Shown here: positions 35,175 through 44,105 of the stretch, piece after piece
How positions within the stretch are numbered: the first letter of the stretch is position 1
Layout of the letters: every line of letters begins with the position of its first letter
NCBI GenBank assembly: GCA_020049245.1
Contig: JAIFLB010000065.1
Location: forward strand, 1 to 44,105
Direction of reading: 5' to 3'
Source of the DNA: Betaproteobacteria bacterium
GTDB lineage: Bacteria > Pseudomonadota > Gammaproteobacteria > Burkholderiales > Thiobacillaceae
DNA length: 44,105 nucleotides
Translations under genes and position numbers: made by a program
The notes under the pieces: generated by a model
The model's input: the letters and a program-made list of their open reading frames with translations, nothing else
What the model was told of the DNA's origin: nothing
The model's database searches: none

Positions 35175-35954
35175 ATGACCCCTGTTCTGATTTTTGATAT
35201 CGAAACCATCCCGGATATCGACGGCCTGCGCCGTCTTCACAATGTTGGCCCGGAGGCCAGCGATCACGAGGTGGCCGAGATGGGGATGCTGATGCGTCGC
35301 CAGCAAACCGGCGGCTCCGACTTTCTGCCGCACTATCTTCAGCGAGTGGTGACTATTTCCTGCGTGCTGCGGACCGAAAAGACCTTCAAGGTCTGGTCTC
35401 TTGCGCATCCGGAAACCAGCGAGGCGGAGATGCTGCAACGCTTCTTCGATGGCATCGAAAAGTACACGCCTCAGATTGTGTCCTGGAATGGTGGCGGTTT
35501 CGATCTGCCGGTGTTGCATTACCGTTCCATGCTGCACGGCGTCAGCGCGCCGCGATATTGGGATTGGGGCGATGATGATCGCGATTTCAAATACAACAAT
35601 TATCTGAACCGTTATCACACCCGCCATCTTGATCTGATGGATGTGCTGGCGATGTTCCAGGGCCGCGCCAATGCGCCGCTGGATGCGCTGGCCAAGCTGT
35701 ATGGCTTTCCCGGCAAGCTGGGCATGGATGGCAGTGCGGTGTGGGATGCGTTCCAGCGTGGCGAACATGCTGCCATCCGCGATTATTGCGAGACCGATGT
35801 GGTGAATACCTATCTGGTCTTTCTGCGCTTCCAGAAGATGCGTGGCGTGCTGACGGCAGCGCAATATGACGATGAAATTGCCGTCGTGCGCACATCGCTG
35901 GAGGAAATCGGCGCTGATCACTGGTTCGAGTTTCTCGAGGCATGGCCGGCATGA
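35175..35954 (+). CDS. predicted 3'-5' exonuclease (PolB-exonuclease-like, COG3298 type)
   Basis: It has IFDIETIPD (ExoI-like), [12 protein letters not shown] and YCETDV motifs. Confidence 0.65.
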   Translation: MTPVLIFDIETIPDIDGLRRLHNVGPEASDHEVAEMGMLMRRQQTGGSDFLPHYLQRVVTISCVLRTEKTFKVWSLAHPETSEAEMLQRFFDGIEKYTPQIVSWNGGGFDLPVLHYRSMLHGVSAPRYWDWGDDDRDFKYNNYLNRYHTRHLDLMDVLAMFQGRANAPLDALAKLYGFPGKLGMDGSAVWDAFQRGEHAAIRDYCETDVVNTYLVFLRFQKMRGVLTAAQYDDEIAVVRTSLEEIGADHWFEFLEAWPA

Positions 35955-37318
35955 GCGAGACGGATTCCGCCAGGCAGGCGGCTAAAGTGGCAGCCAGGGC
36001 GGCCGCCTTGCTACCACTGCGTATCGAGTCGCTTGACCATGAAGGCAAGGGCATCGGCCGCCGCGAGGGTAAGACGATTTTTGTCGATGGCGCGTTGACC
36101 GGTGAATTGGTGATTGCCTCCAGCTATCGCAAGAAGCCGGAATTCGAACAAGCCCAAGCAATCGAGATCATCAAGGCGAGCCCATACCGGGTGACGCCAA
36201 AATGTGCCTGGTTCGGCATTTGCGGTGGTTGCACGCATCAGCATCTGGACGAGGCGGCGCAAGTCGCAGCCAAGCAGCGGGTGCTGGAAGATTGTTTCAA
36301 GCATATCGGCAAGGTGCAGCCGGAAACCATGCTGTCGCCGATCCATGGCCCGACCTGGGGTTACCGCACGCGGGCGCGACTTTCTGTACGTTATGTGCCG
36401 AAAAAGGGCGGCGTCCTGGTCGGCTTCCATGAACGGCGCAGCAGCTATGTCGCCGATATGACCAGTTGCGAGGTCTTGCTGCCGCAGATTTCAGCCTTGT
36501 TGCCCAGGTTGCGCGAGTTGGTGGCAAGTCTGTCGATTCGGGATCGTCTGCCGCAAATTGAACTGGCGGCCGGCGAGGCGTTATCGGTTTTGGTGTTGCG
36601 CATCATGGAGCCGTTGACGTCGGACGACGAAACGAAACTACGTGAATTCGCTGATCACCATGGCATTCAATTCTGGCTGCAACCGAAGGGGCCGGAAACC
36701 GCGTATCCGTTCCATCCGCTGGATGTGAGCGAACTGTCCTATTCATTGCCCGAATTCAATCTGGAAATGCCGTTTCGTCCGACCGAGTTCACCCAGGTCA
36801 ATCACGGCATCAACCGCATGCTGATCCGGCGCGCGATGCGCTTACTGGAGGTGCGGCCGGGAGAACGGATTGCCGATTTCTTCTGCGGACTGGGCAATTT
36901 CAGTTTGCCCATCGCCCGGCGCGGCGCGCATGTGGTCGGTATTGAAGGCAGCCAGGCTCTGGTCACGCGCGCGATGGAGAATGCGGCGCGCAATGGCTTG
37001 GCCGAGCGAAGCGAATTCCATGTCGCGAATCTGTTCGAGATGACGTCGGAAAGCTATGCGGCGTTGGGCAGGTTTGACAAATTGCTGATCGATCCGCCCC
37101 GCGACGGTGCCATCGAGTTGGTTAAATCATTGCCGGATGCCGGTGTCGCGGGGGAATTGCCCGCGCGCATCGTCTATGTCTCCTGCAATCCAGCCACCCT
37201 GGCGCGCGATGCGGCGGTGCTGGTGCATCAGAAGGGTTATCAACTGAAAGCGGCTGGCGTCGCCAACATGTTTCCGCATACGGCGCACGTGGAGAGCATC
37301 GCGTGGTTTGAACGATAG
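35942..37318 (+). CDS. rlmD: 23S rRNA (uracil-C5)-methyltransferase RlmD/RumA
   Basis: It has a TRAM-like N-terminus and the FeS Cys cluster [14 protein letters not shown]. The SAM motif is [12 protein letters not shown] and the C-terminus has [13 protein letters not shown]. The start is either ATG 35942 or ATG 35951. Confidence 0.85.
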   Translation: MAGMSETDSARQAAKVAARAAALLPLRIESLDHEGKGIGRREGKTIFVDGALTGELVIASSYRKKPEFEQAQAIEIIKASPYRVTPKCAWFGICGGCTHQHLDEAAQVAAKQRVLEDCFKHIGKVQPETMLSPIHGPTWGYRTRARLSVRYVPKKGGVLVGFHERRSSYVADMTSCEVLLPQISALLPRLRELVASLSIRDRLPQIELAAGEALSVLVLRIMEPLTSDDETKLREFADHHGIQFWLQPKGPETAYPFHPLDVSELSYSLPEFNLEMPFRPTEFTQVNHGINRMLIRRAMRLLEVRPGERIADFFCGLGNFSLPIARRGAHVVGIEGSQALVTRAMENAARNGLAERSEFHVANLFEMTSESYAALGRFDKLLIDPPRDGAIELVKSLPDAGVAGELPARIVYVSCNPATLARDAAVLVHQKGYQLKAAGVANMFPHTAHVESIAWFER

Positions 37319-37374
37319 AACAGCTTGTTTTTGTGCTGTTAAACTGAATTTATTGAAACTCCCGTAATACTCGT

Positions 37375-38646
37375 TTGGATTCCATTCCTTTAGGGGCGCT
37401 ATTCGGCGCCTTGGTTTTGCTGCTGGTTCTGTCGGCGTTTTTTTCCGGTTCCGAAACCAGCATGATGGCGGTGAACCGTTATCGCTTGAAAACGCTGTCA
37501 AAGTCAGGCCATCGCGGTGCGCAACTGGCCGAGAAGCTGCTGGCGCAGACCGACAAATTGCTGTCAGCAATCCTGATTGGCAATAATCTGGTCAATTCTG
37601 CCGCCGCAGCGTTGGTTACCGTGATTGTTTTCCGCTTGTTTGGCGAAAGCGAGCTGGCGCTGACCATGGCGACATTGTTGGTCACCTTCCTGATCCTGGT
37701 TTTTTCCGAAGTCACCCCGAAGGTGATTGGCGCTTCCTGGCCAGAGCGGCTATCTCCCATCGTGAGTTATCCGCTGACTTTTCTGGTCAAGTTATTACGG
37801 CCAGTAATCTGGTTCGTGAACCTGTTTGTACAGGCTCAGTTGAAGCTGTTCCGGCTCAATCCCAGCGCAGCCTCGGAGCGCAGCATGGGAGTGGAGGAGT
37901 TGCGGACCGTGCTGGCTGAATCGGGTGCCTTGTTGCCAAGCCAGCATCACAGCATTCTGACCAATTTGTTTGAGTTGGAAGAAGTGACGGTTGATGATGC
38001 GATGCTGCCACGTAGCCAGATCGAGGCGATTGACCTTGAGGCGGAATCCGAAGAAATCCTGCATCAGCTGAGTACCAGTCATCATGCGCGTCTGCTGGTG
38101 TATGAAGGCGACCCGAATAATGTCATTGGCATCCTGCATGTGCGCCGTGCGTTGGCTCGCTTGCAGGAAGAGGCATTCGATATCGATGTTTTTCGGACCT
38201 GGCTGCGGGAGCCTTATTACATTCCTTCCGGTACCTCGCTGTATATCCAACTCACTCAGTTTCAAGTCACGCGCCATTCGCTTGGCCTTGTTGTGGATGA
38301 ATACGGGGAGCTGTTGGGGCTCATTACCGTGGTCGATATTCTGGAAGAAATCGTTGGCGAATTTACCGCAGTGATGCCTGGCGACCATGGCGCCAACAAA
38401 CGGCAGCCGGATGGCACTTTTCTGGTTGATGGCGCGACATCTTTGCGGGAACTGAATCGCAAGCTGAAGATGCAGTTACCTCTCGATGGCCCACGGACGC
38501 TGAATGGTTTGTTGCTCGAACATCTGGAGGCGATGCCGGAAGCAGGGGTTAGTGTGATGATCGCCGGCTACCCGGTCGAAGTCCTGCAGGTTCAGGATCG
38601 CATGGTGAAGACAGCAAAAGTCGGTCCGCGCCGCGCCCAGCAATGA
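37375..38646 (+). CDS. HlyC/CorC-family (CNNM) transporter-associated protein: DUF21 + CBS pair + CorC_HlyC
   Basis: The TM region begins FFSGSETSMMAVNRYRL, followed by a CBS pair and a C-terminal transporter-associated domain. The TTG start is uncertain. Confidence 0.8.
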   Translation: MDSIPLGALFGALVLLLVLSAFFSGSETSMMAVNRYRLKTLSKSGHRGAQLAEKLLAQTDKLLSAILIGNNLVNSAAAALVTVIVFRLFGESELALTMATLLVTFLILVFSEVTPKVIGASWPERLSPIVSYPLTFLVKLLRPVIWFVNLFVQAQLKLFRLNPSAASERSMGVEELRTVLAESGALLPSQHHSILTNLFELEEVTVDDAMLPRSQIEAIDLEAESEEILHQLSTSHHARLLVYEGDPNNVIGILHVRRALARLQEEAFDIDVFRTWLREPYYIPSGTSLYIQLTQFQVTRHSLGLVVDEYGELLGLITVVDILEEIVGEFTAVMPGDHGANKRQPDGTFLVDGATSLRELNRKLKMQLPLDGPRTLNGLLLEHLEAMPEAGVSVMIAGYPVEVLQVQDRMVKTAKVGPRRAQQ

Positions 38647-38749
38647 ATTCGGGCAAGGTTGCCATGATGTCGAGTTTCTTTACATTTTGTAGGGCGGGGG
38701 GCAATATCGCCAAACGAATTGCCGCTTATTCAAAGGAGAGTGGGGAGTC

Positions 38750-40471
38750 ATGGTTGCAGTAACCGTTGGCGCCAATCTGACAGGCCTTTGCCGGGCTATG
38801 GTGACCCAGGGGCTGCTATCCCCGGAGGAAGGCGAGAGCCTGCAGAACCAGTCGCGTGGTTCTGGAGAAGCTTTTATTGCCAGTTTGTTGCGCACCCGAC
38901 GTTTCCGTGCCGATCAAATCGCTGCTTTCGCTTCGGTAACCTTTGGCTTGCCGTTTTTCAATCTCGACGCGCTTGATCCGAATGTTATCCCCAAGGGTTC
39001 GGTTGATCCGAAACTGTTGACCAAGCATCGTGTATTGCCGATTACGCTGCGTGGCAATCGTTTGTTTGTTGCGCTCTCTGATCCGAGCAACCTGAAAGCG
39101 CTTGACGATATCAAGTTTCAGACCAGCCTCGCTGCCGAGCCGGTCGTCGTCGAGGACGACAAGCTGGGCCACTGGCTGGAGACCTACGGAGAGGTCACCG
39201 AGGACAGTATCCTCAAAACCATTGAAACCGAGGATTTGAACCTTGAGTTCAGCGATGATGAGGCACAGAACGCTGTCGATACCGCAGCAGCCGTCGATAT
39301 CGACGACGCACCGGTAGTCAAGTACCTGCAAAAAATGCTGCTTGATGCGATCAATAGCGGCGCCTCAGATATCCACTTCGAACCTTATGAAAAGAACTAT
39401 CGCATCCGCTATCGGATGGACGGCATTCTGTATGAAGTTGCGCAACCGCCACTTGCGATCAAGGACAAGATCGCGTCTCGTATCAAAGTCATTTCCAAAC
39501 TGGATATCTCGGAAAAACGGGTTCCACAAGATGGGCGCATGAAGCTGGTTTTGTCGCGCAACAAATCGGTGGACTTCCGGGTTTCCACCTTGCCCACTAT
39601 TTATGGCGAAAAAATCGTCATGCGTATTCTTGATTCAACCTCTGCCACGATGGGGATCGAGAAGCTGGGCTACGAGCCTGACCAGCTCAAGTTACTGGTC
39701 GATGCAGTACAACGCCCCTATGGCATGGTGCTGGTGACCGGCCCGACCGGTTCCGGCAAGACCGTTTCGCTTTACGCCTGCCTGAATATCCTGAACAAGC
39801 CCGATGTGAATATTGCTACAGTCGAAGATCCGGTTGAAATCCAGTTGCCTGGTATCAATCAGGTCAACGTCAACGAGAAAGCCGGTCTCGATTTTGCCGC
39901 AGCCATGAAGGCTTTCCTGCGCCAGGATCCGGACATCATCATGGTTGGCGAGATCCGCGACCACGAAACCGGTGATATCGCGATCAAGGCTGCCCAAACG
40001 GGTCACATGGTGTTATCGACCTTGCATACAAACGATGCGCCGGCAACACTGACGCGTCTGATCAACATGGGAATTCCCAGTTATAACGTGGCGGCTTCCG
40101 TGCAATTGATCACGGCGCAGCGTCTGGGGCGCAAGCTTTGCAATAACTGCAAGAAGCCGATTGAAATTCCGCCTGAGGCTTTGCTTAATGCCGGTTTTTC
40201 GGAGATGGATCTGGATGGTTCCTGGCAACCTTACGGTGCGGTTGGTTGCGATAGCTGCAAACAAACCGGTTACAAGGGGCGAGTTGGAATCTATCAAGTC
40301 ATGCCGATCAGTGAAGAAATCAATCGCATTATTTTGAAGAATGGCACGGCTGTAGACATCGAACAACAAGCCAAGCGGGATGGTGTGCTCAACCTCCGCG
40401 AAGCGGGTTTGCTCAAAGTAAAACAAGGCCTGACGACCCTCGAAGAGGTGTTGGCGGTGACCAACGTATAA
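38750..40471 (+). CDS. pilB: type IV pilus assembly ATPase
   Basis: It has a GspE N-domain, Walker A GPTGSGKT, a Walker B/Asp box and the tetracysteine motif CNNC...CDSC. Confidence 0.9.
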   Translation: MVAVTVGANLTGLCRAMVTQGLLSPEEGESLQNQSRGSGEAFIASLLRTRRFRADQIAAFASVTFGLPFFNLDALDPNVIPKGSVDPKLLTKHRVLPITLRGNRLFVALSDPSNLKALDDIKFQTSLAAEPVVVEDDKLGHWLETYGEVTEDSILKTIETEDLNLEFSDDEAQNAVDTAAAVDIDDAPVVKYLQKMLLDAINSGASDIHFEPYEKNYRIRYRMDGILYEVAQPPLAIKDKIASRIKVISKLDISEKRVPQDGRMKLVLSRNKSVDFRVSTLPTIYGEKIVMRILDSTSATMGIEKLGYEPDQLKLLVDAVQRPYGMVLVTGPTGSGKTVSLYACLNILNKPDVNIATVEDPVEIQLPGINQVNVNEKAGLDFAAAMKAFLRQDPDIIMVGEIRDHETGDIAIKAAQTGHMVLSTLHTNDAPATLTRLINMGIPSYNVAASVQLITAQRLGRKLCNNCKKPIEIPPEALLNAGFSEMDLDGSWQPYGAVGCDSCKQTGYKGRVGIYQVMPISEEINRIILKNGTAVDIEQQAKRDGVLNLREAGLLKVKQGLTTLEEVLAVTNV

Positions 40472-40492
40472 CGATCAAGAGGATATAACTCC

Positions 40493-41719
40493 ATGGCTGT
40501 GGCCCAAGCACCTGTTGCAGCGAACAAGCAAGTTCCTTTTGTATGGGAGGGCACGGACAAGCTTGGCAAGAAAATCAAGGGAGAAATGCTTGCTCCAGGT
40601 GAGGCGTTTGTACGCCAGTCCTTACGGCGGCAAGGCATCAATGTGGTCAAGGTTGGTAAACAGGGAATGTTCAAGCGGGGTGGAACGATCACCTCGAAGG
40701 ACATTGCCTTGTTTACGCGTCAGCTTTCAACCATGCTGAAGGCGGGCGTACCTTTGTTGCAAGCCTTCGATATCTCTGCGCGCAGCCATTCCAACCCTGC
40801 GTTGCAACGTCTCCTGGGTGATATCAAGAGTGACGTGGAAACCGGTTCCAGCATGAGCACTGCTTTCCGCAAGTACCCGAAATACTTTGACGGGCTTTAT
40901 TGCAACCTGGTCTACGCCGGCGAACAGGCCGGTATTCTGGATACCGTGCTGGATCGCATCGCGTCCTACCAGGAAAAAATGCTGGCTATCCAGGGCAAGA
41001 TCAAATCGGCGCTGTTCTATCCGGCTATCGTGTTGACAGTGGCCTTCATCATCACCGCAGGCATCATGTTGTTTGTGATTCCCGCCTTTAAGGATCTTTA
41101 CGGAAAATCCGGCGCCGATCTGCCCGCGTTGACCATGTTGGTGATGGGGATTTCAGATGCTTTCGTGAATTACTGGTATCTGATCTTCGGTGGTATCGGA
41201 CTGACGGTTTTTCTTGTGTTGCGCGCCTGGAAGCAATCGCCTGCCTTCCGTAACAAGATGGATGTCCTCATTCTGAAGGTTCCGGTGTTTGGGCCATTGA
41301 TCGAGAAGGCCACGGTTTCGCGATGGGCGCGGACCTTCTCGTCGATGTTCTCCGCAGGTGTTCCAATGGTAGAGGCACTGGATTCGGTTGCCGGCGCAGC
41401 GGGAAACAATGTTTTCATGGAAGCTACGATGAAGATCAAGACCGAGGTTTCAACCGGTTCCAGTCTGGCAGTATGTCTCCAGGGTGCGGGTGTGTTTCCC
41501 AATATGCTGATTCAGATGGTGTCGATTGGCGAGGAGTCGGGCGCGCTCGATTCCATGCTTTCGAAAGTGGCGGATTATTACGAACGTGAAGTGGATGACG
41601 CTGTGGCCGGGATTTCCAGTTTGATGGAACCGTTCATCATGGTCATTCTGGGTACGTTGATTGGTGGCATCGTGATCGCAATGTACCTGCCAATCTTCAA
41701 GATGGGATCGGTCGTCTGA
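40493..41719 (+). CDS. pilC: type IV pilus inner-membrane platform protein
   Basis: It has duplicated GspF domains (FTRQLSTMLKAGVPL ... and FSSMFSAGVPM ...). Confidence 0.9.
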   Translation: MAVAQAPVAANKQVPFVWEGTDKLGKKIKGEMLAPGEAFVRQSLRRQGINVVKVGKQGMFKRGGTITSKDIALFTRQLSTMLKAGVPLLQAFDISARSHSNPALQRLLGDIKSDVETGSSMSTAFRKYPKYFDGLYCNLVYAGEQAGILDTVLDRIASYQEKMLAIQGKIKSALFYPAIVLTVAFIITAGIMLFVIPAFKDLYGKSGADLPALTMLVMGISDAFVNYWYLIFGGIGLTVFLVLRAWKQSPAFRNKMDVLILKVPVFGPLIEKATVSRWARTFSSMFSAGVPMVEALDSVAGAAGNNVFMEATMKIKTEVSTGSSLAVCLQGAGVFPNMLIQMVSIGEESGALDSMLSKVADYYEREVDDAVAGISSLMEPFIMVILGTLIGGIVIAMYLPIFKMGSVV

Positions 41720-41732
41720 TTCCCGATTCTCG

Positions 41733-42602
41733 TTGATTTTTTCAGTCTCTCCCTTTCTCCAACTGCTGGTCGAGCAGCCAGCATTGTTTATTTCATTGGC
41801 AACCTTGCTTGGCTTGCTGGTGGGCAGTTTTCTCAATGTGGTAATCCATCGCTTGCCACATATGATGCAGCGTGACTGGCGTGAGCAATGTGCCTGGATT
41901 AATGGCAATACGCTTGAGGAAGAACCGCCTTACAACCTGGTTCTTCCGCGCTCGGCCTGTCCATCCTGTAAACATCAGATCACGTGGTTTGAAAATATTC
42001 CCGTATTGAGTTGGCTTGCCCTGCGCGGTCGATGTTCCAAATGCGGAGCGCCAATATCAAAGCGTTATCCGTTGGTGGAAATATTGACTGGCGTGCTGTT
42101 CGGGTATGCCGCTTGGCGTTGGGGTGTTGGCATGCAAACGGTGCTGATCTGGGGCCTGCTGGCCAGTTTGATCGCATTGAGTTTTATTGATCTTGATACG
42201 CAGTTGCTGCCGGACAGTATTACGCTTCCCTTGTTATGGGTGGGTTTGCTGGTCAATTTGAACGCTGTTTTCTGCCCACTCGATGAGGCAGTGATTGGCG
42301 CCGTTGCAGGCTACCTTTCGCTTTGGTCGATCTATCACCTGTTCAAGATTTTGACCGGCAAGGAAGGCATGGGGTTTGGAGATTTCAAATTGCTGGCTGC
42401 GCTCGGGGCGTGGCTGGGCTGGAAAATGATCCTGCCCATCGTATTGGCTGCCAGTTTTGCGGGTGCACTGGTTGGGATTGCGATGATCGTCTTTGCTGGC
42501 CGGGATCGCGCCAAGCCGATGCCTTTCGGGCCCTGGCTCGCGCTTGGCGGAATGATTGCCCTTTTCTGGGGCGAGACCCTGCTGCAACTCTGGTTGGGAT
42601 GA
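41733..42602 (+). CDS. pilD: prepilin peptidase / N-methyltransferase
   Basis: It has GSFLNVVIHRLP, the Cys pairs CPSC...CSKC and the GFGDFKLLAALGAW aspartyl protease motif. It uses a TTG start. Confidence 0.9.
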   Translation: MIFSVSPFLQLLVEQPALFISLATLLGLLVGSFLNVVIHRLPHMMQRDWREQCAWINGNTLEEEPPYNLVLPRSACPSCKHQITWFENIPVLSWLALRGRCSKCGAPISKRYPLVEILTGVLFGYAAWRWGVGMQTVLIWGLLASLIALSFIDLDTQLLPDSITLPLLWVGLLVNLNAVFCPLDEAVIGAVAGYLSLWSIYHLFKILTGKEGMGFGDFKLLAALGAWLGWKMILPIVLAASFAGALVGIAMIVFAGRDRAKPMPFGPWLALGGMIALFWGETLLQLWLG

Positions 42603-43228
42603 CGTCCAAGGTTTATTGCATCGGACTGACTGGCGGCGTCGGCAGCGGCAAGAGCACGGTAGCTGACCGTTTCGCTGAGTTGGGTGCGGCTGTCATCGAT
42701 ACCGATGTCATTGCGCATGAGTTGACCGGGCCGGATGGGCGTGCGATGCCAGCGATCATTGCATCCTTCGGTAGCGAGATCATAAGCAGCACTGGTGCGA
42801 TGGATCGGGTTGCGATGCGCGATCGTGTTTTTGCCGATCCCGAGGCGCGGCGGACTCTCGAAGCAATTTTGCATCCGATGATTCGCGCGGAGTCGGCACT
42901 CAGGCTGCAGACAGTTACCGCCCCCTATGCACTGCTCGTTGTGCCCTTGTTGGTAGAAAACCTGGCCTCTTATCAGCACTTGTTGAATTGCATCGCTGTG
43001 GTTGATTGCGAAGAATCTCAACAAATCTCGCGCATCGCTTCGCGCTCGGGGCTGAGTCTGGAGCAGGCAAAATCTATTCTGGCTGCCCAAGCAAGCCGGA
43101 CTTTTCGACTTCAGATTGCAGATGACTTGATCGAAAACCGGGGTGACATCATGGAGTTGGATCATCAAATTCAGCAATTGCATCATAAGTATTTGAAACA
43201 AGCGCTGGCAGCATCTTGCAAGCGATAA
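42599..43228 (+). CDS. coaE: dephospho-CoA kinase
   Basis: It begins IGLTGGVGSGKST (P-loop). Its ATGA start overlaps the pilD stop. The upstream part of ORF 42323..43228 lies inside pilD in another frame and I disregard it. Confidence 0.9.
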   Translation: MTSKVYCIGLTGGVGSGKSTVADRFAELGAAVIDTDVIAHELTGPDGRAMPAIIASFGSEIISSTGAMDRVAMRDRVFADPEARRTLEAILHPMIRAESALRLQTVTAPYALLVVPLLVENLASYQHLLNCIAVVDCEESQQISRIASRSGLSLEQAKSILAAQASRTFRLQIADDLIENRGDIMELDHQIQQLHHKYLKQALAASCKR

Positions 43229-43316
43229 AACATTTCATTGCACTAAACCGGGGCAATCCTGCAAAATCACTTCTTATTCAAGCTCTTGCGCTGAATTTCT
43301 CATCCAACTCGTCGGA

Positions 43317-44075
43317 TTGACCTTGGTGACTGTCTACGAATTCCCTTTAAGCGAACGCATCCGTACCTGGTTGCGGCTGGAAGACCTGTTCGACAAGGCC
43401 CTGTTTTTTATCCGGGCGGACGATCCACGTTCACACCATGCGGCTTTGCTTGGCATCTTCGAGATTGTCGATGTGACGACTCGGTCCGAGATGAAAAGCG
43501 AACTGATTCAAGAGCTTGATCGACAAAAATCGAGCCTTGAGGCGTTGCGCGCCAACCCCGCTGTTGATTCCGTTCGTCTGCATGAGATTCTGGCGCGCAT
43601 TACTTCTGCTTTGGCTGAAGTCCATGCCATGACCGGCAAGATTGGACAGCACGTCAGGGATAACGAGTGGCTGGCGGGTATCAAGGGCCGAGCCGGTATT
43701 CCTGGTGGCGCGTGTAGCTTTGATTTGCCGGTTTACCATTACTGGCTGAGTCAATCCGCCACAATGCGCAATGCCGATCTGATGGGATGGCTTGGCCCAT
43801 TATTGCCACTTAAGACTGCGGTGGATGTTGTGCTACGGATTTTGCGAGACAGTGGACATGTGAGTCAGCACACCGCGCTGCAGGGAATGTTCCAACTTAT
43901 GCTGGGTGGGCGAACTGCACACTTATTGCGTGTTGCCCTGGATGCGCCTTGTGCTCCGGAAGTCAGTGCAAACAAGTACGCGCTGAATATACGTTTGCTG
44001 ACTCCGGATACAGCACAAAAACCACGCCCGTGTGAGCAGGATGTGGTTTTTGAACTGACTTTCTGTAGCCTCTGA
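43317..44075 (+). CDS. zapD: cell division protein ZapD
   Basis: YEFPLSERIRTWLRLEDLF is a ZapD-type N-terminus, and the coaE-zapD neighbourhood is typical. The start is uncertain (TTG 43317 or GTG 43326). Confidence 0.8.
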   Translation: MTLVTVYEFPLSERIRTWLRLEDLFDKALFFIRADDPRSHHAALLGIFEIVDVTTRSEMKSELIQELDRQKSSLEALRANPAVDSVRLHEILARITSALAEVHAMTGKIGQHVRDNEWLAGIKGRAGIPGGACSFDLPVYHYWLSQSATMRNADLMGWLGPLLPLKTAVDVVLRILRDSGHVSQHTALQGMFQLMLGGRTAHLLRVALDAPCAPEVSANKYALNIRLLTPDTAQKPRPCEQDVVFELTFCSL

Positions 44076-44105
44076 AGGCTGTTTGCTGGCGGGGCGAAAG
44101 CACCG

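Noticed and set aside
42323-42598. Upstream extension of the coaE ORF, giving 301 aa
   Set aside because: It lies wholly inside pilD in a different frame. The CoaE family N-terminus (IGLTGGVGSGKST) begins right after the ATG at 42599.
1-44105. Search for a CRISPR array, cas1/cas2/cas3-like genes, transposases, integrases, tRNA or rRNA genes
   Set aside because: I found no regularly spaced 25-40-nt direct repeats. The only tandem repeats are the 12-mer at 4452-4480 and the coding GGY repeat in dsrR. No ORF resembles a mobile-element or cas adaptation/interference gene. No intergenic gap is long enough or structured enough for me to call a tRNA or rRNA by eye.

Overview
The window looks like chromosomal DNA from a chemolithoautotrophic sulfur-oxidising proteobacterium; this is inferred from gene content only and no taxon can be assigned. 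The centrepiece is a complete oxidative-type (reverse) dissimilatory sulfite reductase cluster, dsrABEFHCMKLJOP (8487-19408). A strong hairpin terminator follows it, then a cofactor unit dsrN-dsrR-cysG (19500-22871). Diverging from dsrA is a tightly packed six-gene minus-strand operon (8262 down to 4487). It encodes a 92-aa unknown protein, an orphan Cas6/Cmx6-like RAMP protein, a DsrC/TusE paralog with no cysteines, a two-domain rhodanese of the 3-mercaptopyruvate sulfurtransferase type, an acidic unknown protein and a TauD/TfdA-like dioxygenase. I saw no CRISPR array and no other cas genes anywhere in the window, so this operon is my best candidate for an undescribed accessory or regulatory module attached to rDsr. 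Left of it lie a soluble GAF histidine kinase with a NarL/LuxR response regulator, phosphoribulokinase, and the 3' part of comEC. The right half (22.9-44.1 kb) is mostly housekeeping: gmk, yicC, a Ser/Thr kinase with a PP2C phosphatase, rph, rdgB, aat, bpt, thyA, folA, pgl, rlmD, a CorC-family protein, pilBCD, coaE and zapD, with a few unknowns in between. I found no rRNA, tRNA, transposase, integrase or IS-like element. All functional calls come from reading the translated ORFs against remembered family motifs. No searches were run.
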